Assembly: GCA_963771465.1 (NCBI GenBank)
Contig: CAVYTU010000017.1
Location: forward strand, 160,001-224,000
Length of the DNA: 64,000 bases
Reading direction: 5' to 3'
Origin: an uncultured delta proteobacterium
GTDB taxonomy: Bacteria > Desulfobacterota > Binatia > UBA9968
Shown here: positions 17,135 through 26,813 of the stretch, piece by piece
Layout: each line of letters begins with the position of its first letter
Position numbering within the stretch: the first letter of the stretch is position 1
Notes under the pieces: model-generated
What the model saw: only the letters and a program-made list of their open reading frames with translations
What the model was told of the DNA's origin: nothing
The model's database searches: none
Made by a program: the position numbers and the translations under genes

Positions 17135-18160
17135 TCAATGACTCGCCGTCAACGCCAATTTGACAATTCGCTGCACCAAGCGCGGAAAGCTGACGCCGGC
17201 TTTGCTGGCCGACTGGGCAAACTCGTCGTCGCGGTCGAGATTGGGATTGGGATTGGCTTCGAGGACAACGATTTCTCCCGCCGGGGTAACGCGCAGGTCG
17301 ATGCGGCCGTAGCCGCGAATGCGCAGCGCGCGGTAAACCGCCTTGCAGATTTTTCCGATGCGTTGGTCGGCGCCGTTGGGAAACGGTTCGGCGAAGACGT
17401 TTTGAATGCCCCAGCGTTTGCGGTAGGCGTCATCCCATTTGGCTTTGAACGTGGAAAATTTTGGCTGATCGTCCGGCATTTGAGTGAAGATCACTTCACG
17501 AAAGGGAAACACGCGCAAACTTTCGTTGCCGAGCAAGCTGACGTAAATTTCACGCCCTTCGATAAATTCCTCCGCTAGCGCGGGCTGGTTCATGCGCTCA
17601 TGAATGAAACGAATCCGATCCTCGAACGCTTCGTCAGTTTCGACAAACGAGTCCAATGAGATGCCGTAGGACGCTTCGTCCTCGGCCGGTTTGATGAACA
17701 GCGGAAACTTGAGCCGGCTTGGCCGTTTGATCGTCGCGCCGGGCGAATAGACCGCGAAATTCGGCACGCGAATTTTGTGATAGGCGAGGAGTTCTTTTGC
17801 CATACCCTTGTTCTTGCACAGAGTCAGCCCCGTCGGGGTCGAACCCGTGTAAGGCACGCCCATCATTTCCAGAAGTCCGGCGACGTTGCGGTCGTAGGCG
17901 GAGACTTCGTTGAAATGTTCGGTGAGATTGAACACCACGTCGGGAGGGTTGGCTTTGATCTCGTCGATGATCAGCGACGCTTCGTTCCAGATGCCGAGGG
18001 TGCGCACTTCGTGGCCGAGTTGTTTGAGCGCGGCGATCACATGGGCTTCGGCGGCGAAATCATCGGTCTTTAGTTCTTTGCTGAAATCTTGATCCGCCGG
18101 CGGCGTGCCGGCGCTGCCGAATAGCACGAGGACTTTGTAACGTTTCTTAGTGCGAACCAT
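17135..18160 (-). CDS. D-Ala-D-Ala ligase-like ATP-grasp enzyme
   Basis: PDVVFNL.E, GVPYTGS, FPLFIKP..E.ASYGI, EEFIEGRE, GYGRIDLR, LEANPNP. Confidence 0.85.
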   Translation of the reverse strand: MVRTKKRYKVLVLFGSAGTPPADQDFSKELKTDDFAAEAHVIAALKQLGHEVRTLGIWNEASLIIDEIKANPPDVVFNLTEHFNEVSAYDRNVAGLLEMMGVPYTGSTPTGLTLCKNKGMAKELLAYHKIRVPNFAVYSPGATIKRPSRLKFPLFIKPAEDEASYGISLDSFVETDEAFEDRIRFIHERMNQPALAEEFIEGREIYVSLLGNESLRVFPFREVIFTQMPDDQPKFSTFKAKWDDAYRKRWGIQNVFAEPFPNGADQRIGKICKAVYRALRIRGYGRIDLRVTPAGEIVVLEANPNPNLDRDDEFAQSASKAGVSFPRLVQRIVKLALTASH

Positions 18161-18163
18161 CGG

Positions 18164-19219
18164 CTAGCGATCCTTGAACTTGCCGGTCAGACGATAATGC
18201 GACGCCAGCGTCGCCAGATAAGCGGCGATCTCCACGGCGGCGGATTCTTCCCGGAGCCGCAGATCGAGCTCGGCGCAGCGCTCGGTGAGCGCGCGCAGCA
18301 ACCGGCTAATCGTGAACTTGGGCTCGCCTGTGGAGGCGGATACGGCATTGAGAATCAATTTGTTGGCGCGACGCAAAAATGCCGCCGCGCGCTCGCCGTG
18401 GGGTGAGCCGTTGGCTTCGGCGAAAAGCCGTTTAAGATCGGCGTCGAAAAAATCCGGGAACTCCTCGGCATAAGTGCGCCGCCGCCTTTTATAATGGGCT
18501 TCCAGGCGGGAGCGTAGGCGCGACGCATCGCTGATCTTGGCTTTGGAAAAGACCAGCGGCGGCTTGCCGGCAAGCCGCTGCATCAAGTCGTCGACATATT
18601 CGAGTTTTTCCAGCGCCTTCCAGCCTTTGTATTGATGGCGCCAGTCGATGTCCGGAGTGAGCCAGATGGCGATGGTTTCGGCGAAGTCTTCCTCCGGGTG
18701 GCTTTGGGCATAGTAGCCGTCGAGATGGCGCACGAAGCGCTTGCTGTAGGGACGGGCGCGAAAGCTTTCGGAATATTCCAACGACGGCGGGCCAAAAAGT
18801 TGTTGCCAACGTTTGTCCTTGCCGAACAGATAGGCGTGGTTGAGCACGTGGCCCATCTCATGGCGCAACAGACGCAGACACCACGGTTCGGTGTCGCCTT
18901 CAACTTCCATCATCATTTTCGCTTCGAGTTTTTTTAAACGCGGATGTGCCAGGTAGAAGGGGATGGCGATGGTCGTCGAACCTTCGGGGCAAAACCATTC
19001 GTCGCCGAGATAACAGATCGGTTTGAACGAAATACCTTTGGCCGAGAGCTCGGCGTAGAATTTGTCGATGCGGGATTCGAGTTCCGTGCCGGCGATCTTG
19101 AGCTTGAGATCGCAAATACGCGTTCCGAGTAACTCTTCGTCGGTCAGCGTCGCTAAGTCGAAGTTGGCGTTAGCCGCCTGTACGGAAGCGGTCTTGCCCT
19201 TGTCCGATGAGCTTTCCAC
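18164..19219 (-). CDS. putative zinc-binding metallopeptidase
   Basis: RHEMGH (HExxH), YAQSHPEEDFAET; GTG start; 3 nt from the ATP-grasp gene. Confidence 0.8.
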   Translation of the reverse strand: MESSSDKGKTASVQAANANFDLATLTDEELLGTRICDLKLKIAGTELESRIDKFYAELSAKGISFKPICYLGDEWFCPEGSTTIAIPFYLAHPRLKKLEAKMMMEVEGDTEPWCLRLLRHEMGHVLNHAYLFGKDKRWQQLFGPPSLEYSESFRARPYSKRFVRHLDGYYAQSHPEEDFAETIAIWLTPDIDWRHQYKGWKALEKLEYVDDLMQRLAGKPPLVFSKAKISDASRLRSRLEAHYKRRRRTYAEEFPDFFDADLKRLFAEANGSPHGERAAAFLRRANKLILNAVSASTGEPKFTISRLLRALTERCAELDLRLREESAAVEIAAYLATLASHYRLTGKFKDR

Positions 19220-19398
19220 GCAGCCATTTTAGCAGACGAAGCGAAAAGCGGCCAGGGGGATTTGAGCGCGGAGATTGAAGTGAGTAGGCCGGACTCAGGA
19301 GGCGCCGAAAGTCACCCCTACGCTAACTTTTCCCCATCGGGGGAAGAGGACTCGGTCACAAATCCCGTCGATAGAATTGGTGGTCCGTGACTTGTTTA

Positions 19399-20370
19399 TC
19401 ACATCGACAACATGACTTTGCCGAAGTGCTCGCGCCCTTCGAGATAGCGCTGGGCGGCGCGGGTTTCAGCTAACGGAAATATCTTGCCGATGCCGGCGTC
19501 GAGTTTCTTTTCTTGAACCAGCTGCAGGATATTGTCGAGCTGCTTGAATTCTTCCGGCTTCGCCTTGAGATAATTGGTGATCGAAAAGCGCGTGGCTTTA
19601 CGCCCATCCGTCAGAGTCGGCGGCGGATCGGGAATCGGACCGAAGGCGCCGCCGATGGAGAACAAGCGGCCGCCGGGTGCCAGCACCTGCAAACTCTTCT
19701 GATAAACCTCGCCGCCGATCATTTCCAGCACGACATCGACGCCGCGATCTTTTGTCACGCGCATGACTTCCACTGCGAAATCGTTTGCCGAAACATCGAT
19801 GGTCACGTCGGCGCCGAGGGCGCGGAGTCTGCGGCACTTTACTTCGCTGCCGGAAGTGGCGATGACTTTGGCGCCGAGATGTTTGGCGATTTGAATCGCC
19901 GCGACGCCGACACCGCTGCTGCCGCCATGAACCAGCAACCATTCACCTGATTTCAAATCGCCGTCGGTGCGCAGACCGAACCATGCGGTGAGCGAAGCCG
20001 TTGGCAGCGCTGCGGCCTGCGTTGTCGTGACGCCCTCAGGCACGGGTCTGACTTCGGATGTTTTTGCCACGGCGTATTCCGCGTAACCGCCGAGACTCGG
20101 ATAGCCAACCGCGCGCTGGCCGACCGTGAATTCATTTACGCCGGCGCCAAGTTTTGCGATGGTTCCCGCGAATTCACGCCCAGGTATCACCGGCAGCGCG
20201 TCGGCGGCGATTCGGTACGTCCCTTTGCGCAGACCAAGGTCCGCACGATTGAGCGAAGCCGCTTCAACTTTGACGAGAATTTCGCCAGGCTTCGGCTCCG
20301 GCACCGGGACATCTTCGTATTTGAGAACGTCGTCCGACTGGCCGAATTCGTGGATGCGGATGGCTTTCAT
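19399..20370 (-). CDS. NADPH:quinone oxidoreductase / MDR family
   Basis: MKAIRIHEFG, GGYAEY, LLVHGGSSGVG, HFGKVML. Confidence 0.9.
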   Translation of the reverse strand: MKAIRIHEFGQSDDVLKYEDVPVPEPKPGEILVKVEAASLNRADLGLRKGTYRIAADALPVIPGREFAGTIAKLGAGVNEFTVGQRAVGYPSLGGYAEYAVAKTSEVRPVPEGVTTTQAAALPTASLTAWFGLRTDGDLKSGEWLLVHGGSSGVGVAAIQIAKHLGAKVIATSGSEVKCRRLRALGADVTIDVSANDFAVEVMRVTKDRGVDVVLEMIGGEVYQKSLQVLAPGGRLFSIGGAFGPIPDPPPTLTDGRKATRFSITNYLKAKPEEFKQLDNILQLVQEKKLDAGIGKIFPLAETRAAQRYLEGREHFGKVMLSM

Positions 20371-20414
20371 GGGGTGACCTCCGACTTCGCGATCGATGCG
20401 GCAAACTTAGCGCC

Positions 20415-21004
20415 TCAAAAATCTTCGCCCATGCTGTCTAGTTCTTCAAGGCCCATCACGTTGTCGTATAGAACGCTCCGAGGGTTAGAGTTCTGTTCTT
20501 TATCGAAGTACAGGATGCCGATATTCTTGGTAATCATTTTTCGTAATCTGCTGGCCAGCAGTTTCAGATCGGCTGGCTCACGGAAATTCACCGGGTTCAT
20601 GCGCGCAGTTGCAATGACAGCGAATCGATTTTCCGCCCGGTAACCAAAGGCAAACTGCCAATTCATTTTATCGATGTACATGTCGCCATCGGTCAGCCCG
20701 ATGATGACGGCATTCTTATTGGTCGACTCCTTGGGATAGCTTCGCTTGATTTGGGACACCAATTCCTGGCGATCAACTGTCTTCGCGCTGAGCTAAAAGT
20801 TGTCTGGTCAAAAGGCAGCAGGGGTAGAACTTCAACGTTGATAGCAAACTTCTGTTGGTAATGACGCTTCAGTTCTTCCATCGAAATGCCGTCGAATGTG
20901 CCGATAGGAACAAGGTAAAGCGCTTTCGAACGATTGCAAGATGGCAAAATTAAACATGTTGCCGCGATAAAGACTGCCAAAAGCTTAATGGAGTGTTTGC
21001 TCAC
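20415..21004 (-). pseudogene. archaemetzincin-like lipoprotein, frameshifted near 20767
   Basis: Lipobox LPSC, YLVPIG, RRQLIA / ELVSQIK.. IIGLTDGDMY, FAFG, RLRKMITKNIG, NPRSVLY split across two frames by a single missing base. Confidence 0.65.
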
Positions 21005-21043
21005 GGATTCCTCGGTGAAAGCTATCGAAGCTTGGAGCACCTG

Positions 21044-21691
21044 TTAGAAATTGTCCTCGTAGTCCGCCATCGATGCGCGCACTACGTTCAACGCATGATT
21101 CCTGCCGTACGCCTTGGCGATGCGGATTTTGGCGCGTTCTCCTGGGACGAGCTTATAGGTCAGGAAATAGTGCTGGAGACGCTCGATGAAGACGGAGGGA
21201 ACGTTGTCGATGTTACGGGCTTGGCCCCACACATAGTCGTTTTCCAGTACCGCGATGATTTTATCATCGGCTTCGCCGTGATCGATCATTTGTAAGCCGC
21301 CGATGACCCGGCAGCGCACAATGATTTCGTTGCGCGCGATAGTCCGTTCGCTGAGCACGCAGACGTCGAGCGGATCGCCGTCGCCGCGTTTCGCTCCAGG
21401 CGCCAGTCTGCGCACGCGCTCGCTGCAGTAGGTCCGAGGAATGAAACCGTAGAGTGTCGGAGGCTGTGCCGATGAGCGCTGCGGTCGGTCGACGCGCAGG
21501 TAGCCGGAGACCTTATCCACTTCGTACTTCATCAAGTCAAACGGCGTGATCTCGATGTAGGCGTTGAGAAGTTCGGGCGGTTTAGAACCGACGGGAAGGC
21601 CGTGCCACGGATGCGGCCGGAATTGATTGACTGGCGCAGACTCACTGATTGTAGATTTCGCGATCAAAGTCCGAGCTTTGCGTGTTGTCAT
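21044..21691 (-). CDS. ppa: inorganic pyrophosphatase (family I)
   Basis: [35 protein letters not shown]. Confidence 0.9.
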   Translation of the reverse strand: MTTRKARTLIAKSTISESAPVNQFRPHPWHGLPVGSKPPELLNAYIEITPFDLMKYEVDKVSGYLRVDRPQRSSAQPPTLYGFIPRTYCSERVRRLAPGAKRGDGDPLDVCVLSERTIARNEIIVRCRVIGGLQMIDHGEADDKIIAVLENDYVWGQARNIDNVPSVFIERLQHYFLTYKLVPGERAKIRIAKAYGRNHALNVVRASMADYEDNF

Positions 21692-21835
21692 TTTCTAACA
21701 AGCGCCCTATAGCTTTTACCCGCGAGCGATATGAATTGTAGGGTATTAATCACTCATTTCCTTTCAGATTAGGTCGAAAGAAAATTAGACGGAACGAAGT
21801 CGGGCTGTCAATGTACGAGTCGCTTTGCGAGCCGA

Positions 21836-22765
21836 TTATTTATTGCTCCGTGGGCGATACAGTTCCACCAGTTTCCGCCTGACTGATTCCTCGCCGCCCG
21901 GCAGGGGATCGAATTTGGTCGTGTTACCGGTTTGTCGGAGGATTTTCTGCCCTTCGTCGTCTTGATGCATGCTGAGAAGGATTTCTTTGAGACGCTTTAT
22001 GACTGGCTCTGGTAGATCCTTGCGCACCGAAACGAGATGGCGGGGCATCGATTCGCTTTCGCCGAGGATCGCGATCGCCGCTTTGCTTTTATCGTCCAAT
22101 TTCTCATGATCGTCGCTACTGAAGGCTCCCGCCGCCACCTTCTTTTGTAGCACGAGACTGGCGACATTCTTTTCAGTCCCGGTGAAAGTATAGCCGATCT
22201 CGCCGGCGGCGACTTTGGCTGCAAGACTCGGTTTTTCCACCAGCGAAAAGCCTTTCTTGAGCAGAAAGAGCTTGGGCAGAAAATAACCGGAGGTCGACCC
22301 TGGGTCTTCGAAGGCGATGATTTTTCCGCGCAGGTCCTCGAGCCGAGCGATACCGCTCTCTTTGCCGGTGAAGATGAGACTGCGATAGTCTGCCATCCCA
22401 CCTTTCCAACGTCTGAGCAGTAGCGTGGCGGTGCCCAAACGGTTTATCACATAGGTGGGATAAGGACTTTCCATGTAGAAATCGACACGCTTCTCTTCAA
22501 GCAACTTCATCATTTGCGCCGCAGTAGGAGCGACGATCACCGCTCCCTTAGTTTCCCCCGACGGGGACAGCCGGCGCGCCACATAGGCCGCCAAAGGGCG
22601 AAAGTGCTCCTCCACCGGCTCGCGAGGTTCTTGGAAAACGCCCCCTAGTGTGAGCGTCTTAATGCTCGTAACTTGATTCGTTTGCGCTTCGGCTTTTGGA
22701 CCAGCCGTGAGCAGGAGCGTCGCAACCAAGCATGCTATGGCGAGGTGATAAGGTTTTTTTTCCAT
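21836..22765 (-). CDS. PhnD-like phosphate/phosphonate-type substrate-binding protein
   Basis: Signal peptide from MEKKP; YRSLIF, DLRGKIIAFEDPGSTSGYFLP. Confidence 0.8.
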   Translation of the reverse strand: MEKKPYHLAIACLVATLLLTAGPKAEAQTNQVTSIKTLTLGGVFQEPREPVEEHFRPLAAYVARRLSPSGETKGAVIVAPTAAQMMKLLEEKRVDFYMESPYPTYVINRLGTATLLLRRWKGGMADYRSLIFTGKESGIARLEDLRGKIIAFEDPGSTSGYFLPKLFLLKKGFSLVEKPSLAAKVAAGEIGYTFTGTEKNVASLVLQKKVAAGAFSSDDHEKLDDKSKAAIAILGESESMPRHLVSVRKDLPEPVIKRLKEILLSMHQDDEGQKILRQTGNTTKFDPLPGGEESVRRKLVELYRPRSNK

Positions 22766-22872
22766 GGCGGCACTCTCACCTTTGTCCAAGCGAAGAAAAG
22801 CGCAAGCAGAGAAGAATCCAAAATCTCCCCTGGCACGGTTATTCACGGCGGGACTAGTTCGTGTCTGCGCCA

Positions 22873-23448
22873 CTATCCACGGCCGAGCACCGCCTTTGCC
22901 GTATGCGTCGCGATGGCATCCATCAGCGGCGGCGACAGGCAGTCATAGGGTTCCAGTTTCAATTCTTTCAGTCTCGCTCTGACCGCGCTCATGTTGGCGG
23001 GATCGGCGCCAGACTCGATGATTGACGAGACGAACGCCGCAAATTCCGGGGGCGCCCAACCTTGTTCGGCGGACAGTTCGGTGTGGATGAAGTCAAAGCC
23101 GTACAATGGATGCTTGGTATTATCTATGCGACCGTACATGTGCACACCGCAACCGCTGCAAGCGTAGCGTTTGATGACCGCATTGGCATCGACGACTTTT
23201 AACTTGTCCGCGTTAACGGTCACGGTCAGATTCTCACGGCTACAGACTGCCACCTGGGAGAACAACGCGCCGGCAGGCTTCCAGCACTTGGTGCAGCCGC
23301 AAACATGATTGTGCGCGCATTGGCCTTTGATCGAAACAGCGACTTTCTTATCGGCGCAGTGACAGAGCAACGTGCCGCCGGCAAAGTTCGCTGCCGCGGT
23401 CTTTATGCCCTGATCTACTGCGGGATGGATGGAAATCGAGTTGGCCAT
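22873..23448 (-). CDS. gfa: glutathione-dependent formaldehyde-activating enzyme
   Basis: [59 protein letters not shown]. Confidence 0.93.
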   Translation of the reverse strand: MANSISIHPAVDQGIKTAAANFAGGTLLCHCADKKVAVSIKGQCAHNHVCGCTKCWKPAGALFSQVAVCSRENLTVTVNADKLKVVDANAVIKRYACSGCGVHMYGRIDNTKHPLYGFDFIHTELSAEQGWAPPEFAAFVSSIIESGADPANMSAVRARLKELKLEPYDCLSPPLMDAIATHTAKAVLGRG

Positions 23449-23466
23449 TGTGAGTTCCTCCCTTAT

Positions 23467-23697
23467 TCAATGGTTAATGATAAGGAGCACGTTGGTGTCT
23501 CTACGAGATCCAGCCTCTGGGTCAATCCAGTAAGCAAATCCATCTGGAACCAGCGGCCCAATGATGGGGACGACTAATGCAGCGGGCGCAATGAAAATCC
23601 CAACCGCTTGGACGGATCGCGCAAGCGCGAATGCTACGATGACTGCGACAATAGTTGCAGCGAAGCCAACAACAGATGAAGTGGCAAATCGCTTCAT
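23467..23697 (-). pseudogene. probable truncated second integron cassette ORF (membrane protein)
   Basis: ATG 14 nt after the attC core site; two hydrophobic segments, then runs into the gfa upstream region with no attC. Confidence 0.5.
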
Positions 23698-23711
23698 TGA
23701 ATTCTCTGCCG

Positions 23712-23808
23712 GCCTAACCGGTCCAGATGAGCGGGCAACGAAGAGCGAAGCGACGCGAGAACCCAGCAGCGCAGACGGTGGGTGTTCCGCTCGTCCTGGG
23801 CGTTAGCC
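23712..23808 (-). mobile_element. integron attC site
   Basis: Minus strand GGCTAAC...GTTAGGC, 97 bp, inner arms CCAGGACGAGCGG / CCGCTCATCTGG, starting 3 nt after the stop of 23812-24393. Confidence 0.75.
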
Positions 23809-23811
23809 CGC

Positions 23812-24393
23812 CTAACCGCAGGCATCCATTTTGTCGAACTTTTCAGTCTCACGGCTCCACCCGGTTTTTCCGTTCCGGTTCTGGATTTTGACCCACCAGT
23901 TATTCTGTGGAACAGAGATTACCTGCACATTGAGATCAGGTGGAGGCGGGTCGGTATCGGGATCGCGTGCGGAAATTTGGTCCGAATACAAATTACCTTT
24001 GTACCAGAACAGATCAACGCCTTCGCCAAGATAGTGCAATGTGTAGAGCAGTTCCCCAGGTTGCAGTGATAGCACAGGCTTGTCACCTTTCAGCGGATAG
24101 CCGAGTGTAATTGGCTTTAGCACCTTTGACACTCCGTAGTGGTGGGTAATGACCACACCTGTGACACCACGTACTGATTCACCTTGCTTTACCTCGAAAA
24201 CAACTTTTCCCTTCACGCTTCGCGTCTCGTACACCTTCAGAGGCGCGTTCGCTATCCAATCACGGTACGTGCAGCACTCAAACGGGCAGGCATCCCAGTC
24301 AAGATACGGCAAAGGTGGCCGCTCCCGCGCGTTCTCTGCGGCCGATACATCGCCGAGAGCGACTACGATTGCGAGAAGAACAAGAAGTTTCAC
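23812..24393 (-). CDS. secreted hypothetical protein, integron gene cassette
   Basis: Signal peptide, CPFECC motif, SH3-like WWVKIQ...GW, ends DACG; flanked by GTTAGCT and attC. Confidence 0.75.
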   Translation of the reverse strand: MKLLVLLAIVVALGDVSAAENARERPPLPYLDWDACPFECCTYRDWIANAPLKVYETRSVKGKVVFEVKQGESVRGVTGVVITHHYGVSKVLKPITLGYPLKGDKPVLSLQPGELLYTLHYLGEGVDLFWYKGNLYSDQISARDPDTDPPPPDLNVQVISVPQNNWWVKIQNRNGKTGWSRETEKFDKMDACG

Positions 24394-24397
24394 GGTC

Positions 24398-24490
24398 AGC
24401 TAACTACCGACTAACTTGGTCTACCTACTTACCAATGTTGGATTTCGATGACATTGCCCGGGTTGTATTGTTAATCGGACGCCTTGTCAA
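24398..24490 (-). promoter_or_regulatory. attI-like site and Pc-like promoter
   Basis: GTTAGTC (24409-24415) and GTTAGCT (24398-24404) in direct repeat; TTGACA-17 nt-TACAAC at 24490-24462. Confidence 0.45.
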
Positions 24491-24609
24491 CTTTTTCGTT
24501 TTGTAGCGGCACTAATCGTGTACTCATGTTGACGTGAACGAGAAGCCGGTAGTAGAAGAGCGGTGGAGCATTTGCATTTCGCCGATCGAACAGATTTGGA
24601 GAAAAAGGT

Positions 24610-25656
24610 ATGAGGCGATCTTATCCAGTCATCGATTCCGACGGACACATTCTTGAAAAGGATCATGAGCTGCGGGAATTTCTGCCGCCGGAGTTTCGCG
24701 CGGTGCCGGGGAAGCGGGAGTATCCACTGTTTGCCTGGGATGGCTGGGCGCGCGGCGCATTGTCGCCGCATCAGCGTGAGCATCCAAGCGTTGAGCTGTG
24801 GACGCGCTTTCTCGATGCAACGGAGATCGCACTTACGGTGCTCTATCCCAACGAAGGTTTGAATATTGGTTTGCAGCGCGACCATGATTGGGCGGTCGGC
24901 TTGGCGCGGGCTTACAACCACTGGCTGCATCATGAGTTTTTGAGTGTGAGTCCGCGCTTTCAAGGCGTCGCGTTACTGGCGACGCAGGAGCCGCTGGAAG
25001 CGGCCAAAGAGTTGGAACGCGCTGTGCGCGAGCTTGGCATGGTTGCCGGCATGCTGCCTGGTGTGATGAGTCCGATGCGTGGTTTGGGCCTGTCTGAGTT
25101 CGATCCCATTTACCATATGGCTGAGAAACTCGACGTGCCGTTGGCGGTGCACAGCGGCCCGGCGGTGGAGTTGGGACTGGATCATGTGCAATCGTTCGCC
25201 GGTGTTTATCCTCTGAGCCATCCATTCGCGCAGATGCAGCAGTTGACCAGCATGATGATCTACGGCGTGTTCGAGCGCTTTCCCAAGCTGCGGGTTGCCT
25301 ACCTCGAATCGGGCTGCGGTTGGGTGCCGTATTTAGCGGACCGCTTGGACGAAAGTTGGGAGCACCGGCGCAGCCGTTGGCCGCATCAGACCGAACAATC
25401 GCCGAGCGAGATCATGTCCGGCGGCAATCTCTTCTACGCTTGCGAGCGTGAAGAGAAAACGTTGGCGACGGTGGCGGAGCTGATCGGCGCCGGACAGTTG
25501 CTTTGGGCTTCCGACTTCCCCCACGAGCGGCCCTGGGATGAGTTTAGCGGCGATATCGATACGCTAATCAATCGCAAAGATTTGCCCGAGTCGCTACCAC
25601 GGCAGATTTTGTTCGACAATCCTCGGCGGTTTTATAAGTTGAAAGTTGACGAATGA
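24610..25656 (+). CDS. amidohydrolase family protein (Amidohydro_2)
   Basis: IDSDGHILE, ARAYNHWL, PLAVH, GVFERFPKLRVAYLESGCGW, WASDFPH. Confidence 0.88.
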   Translation: MRRSYPVIDSDGHILEKDHELREFLPPEFRAVPGKREYPLFAWDGWARGALSPHQREHPSVELWTRFLDATEIALTVLYPNEGLNIGLQRDHDWAVGLARAYNHWLHHEFLSVSPRFQGVALLATQEPLEAAKELERAVRELGMVAGMLPGVMSPMRGLGLSEFDPIYHMAEKLDVPLAVHSGPAVELGLDHVQSFAGVYPLSHPFAQMQQLTSMMIYGVFERFPKLRVAYLESGCGWVPYLADRLDESWEHRRSRWPHQTEQSPSEIMSGGNLFYACEREEKTLATVAELIGAGQLLWASDFPHERPWDEFSGDIDTLINRKDLPESLPRQILFDNPRRFYKLKVDE

Positions 25657-25678
25657 CGGGTCATTCGAGGGCTCAGGT

Positions 25679-25731
25679 TTCAACGTTCAACGAAAGAATC
25701 CGAATCCGACCTTGAACTTTTGAACGTTGAA
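25679..25731. repeat. heptamer-based inverted repeat
   Basis: TTCAACGTTCAA (25679-25690) / TTGAACGTTGAA (25720-25731). Confidence 0.75.
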
Positions 25732-25757
25732 CGGGCTTCGAGACTTTGGAGGCGGCG

Positions 25758-26702
25758 ATGCGAGTTCTGATTACTGGTGCCGGATTGATTGGCACTCACA
25801 CGGCGAAGGAGTTGCTCGACCGTGGCGATGACGTGACGTTTTTCGATTTCGCGCCGCGGCCGGATTACATTCGCCATGTAACGGGGAAAGATTTGCCGGT
25901 GATTCGCGGCGACATTCGCGATCTGGCAGCGCTGATCGATGCGTTTCAGACGGTGCGGCCAGATTGCGTAATTCATTTGGCCGCCTCGGTGGGCGAGGCG
26001 AACATCAACAATGTTTACGCCGGCTTTCAAGTCAATCTGGTTGCGGCGATCAACGTTGCCGAAGCTGTGCGCCTCGCCGGTGTGGGCAAGCTGATTCATG
26101 CCAGCACTCAGGCGGTCTACAGCGGCGAAGATCCCAAAGAGCTGCTGCGTGAAGATTCACCGATGGATTGCCGCGACCGCGTCTATAACGCGTCGAAGAT
26201 CGGCTGCGAGCATGTGCTGAGAACATACGCGGCGAAACACAAGATCGAGTTGGCGTTGCTGCGCTTTGCCGGCGTGTACGGCTATCATTCCGTCGCCGGC
26301 GGACCGGGCGTCGCAGTCCAGCAGGCAGTGTGGGACGCAATGGCAAACAGAGCGGTGGAGCTCAAAGTTTACGAGACCGTCGATTTCATCTATGTAAAGG
26401 ATTTAGCCAATGGCATCGCGCTCGCCGTACACACCTCGCCGTTGCCGCATAACGTCTACAATTTGGGCAGCGGCACGCTGACGACGGTCGAGCACGTCGA
26501 AGCTGCGCTGCAGGCGATTTTTTCCGGCATCAGCATGAAACGCGGCAAGCTCACGCCGGCGCGCCCGCGCATGGACATCACACGGGCGCGAACAGAGTTA
26601 GGTTTCAATCCCGAGTACAAGTTGGAAGCGGGACTGCGCGACTATCTTGCCGAGTTGAAAAGAGGGGATTGGCCACCAAGGGCGCAAGGGTCACCGAGCT
26701 AG
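25758..26702 (+). CDS. NAD-dependent epimerase/dehydratase (extended SDR)
   Basis: [26 protein letters not shown]. Confidence 0.88.
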   Translation: MRVLITGAGLIGTHTAKELLDRGDDVTFFDFAPRPDYIRHVTGKDLPVIRGDIRDLAALIDAFQTVRPDCVIHLAASVGEANINNVYAGFQVNLVAAINVAEAVRLAGVGKLIHASTQAVYSGEDPKELLREDSPMDCRDRVYNASKIGCEHVLRTYAAKHKIELALLRFAGVYGYHSVAGGPGVAVQQAVWDAMANRAVELKVYETVDFIYVKDLANGIALAVHTSPLPHNVYNLGSGTLTTVEHVEAALQAIFSGISMKRGKLTPARPRMDITRARTELGFNPEYKLEAGLRDYLAELKRGDWPPRAQGSPS

Positions 26703-26813
26703 CACAGATTCGGACTCGAAGAATTAGCCGCATTAAGCGCAGTGGTTGCCCTCCGGATTGCAGTTGGGGTAATAGGAAGGTCCAAAGGGAATCAAAAGAA
26801 GGAGACGGAACAG

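Noticed and set aside
19313-19349. Degenerate CCCT..CCCTAAC..TCCCC/GGGGAAGAGG REP-like element
   Set aside because: Single eroded copy; cannot be supported within the window
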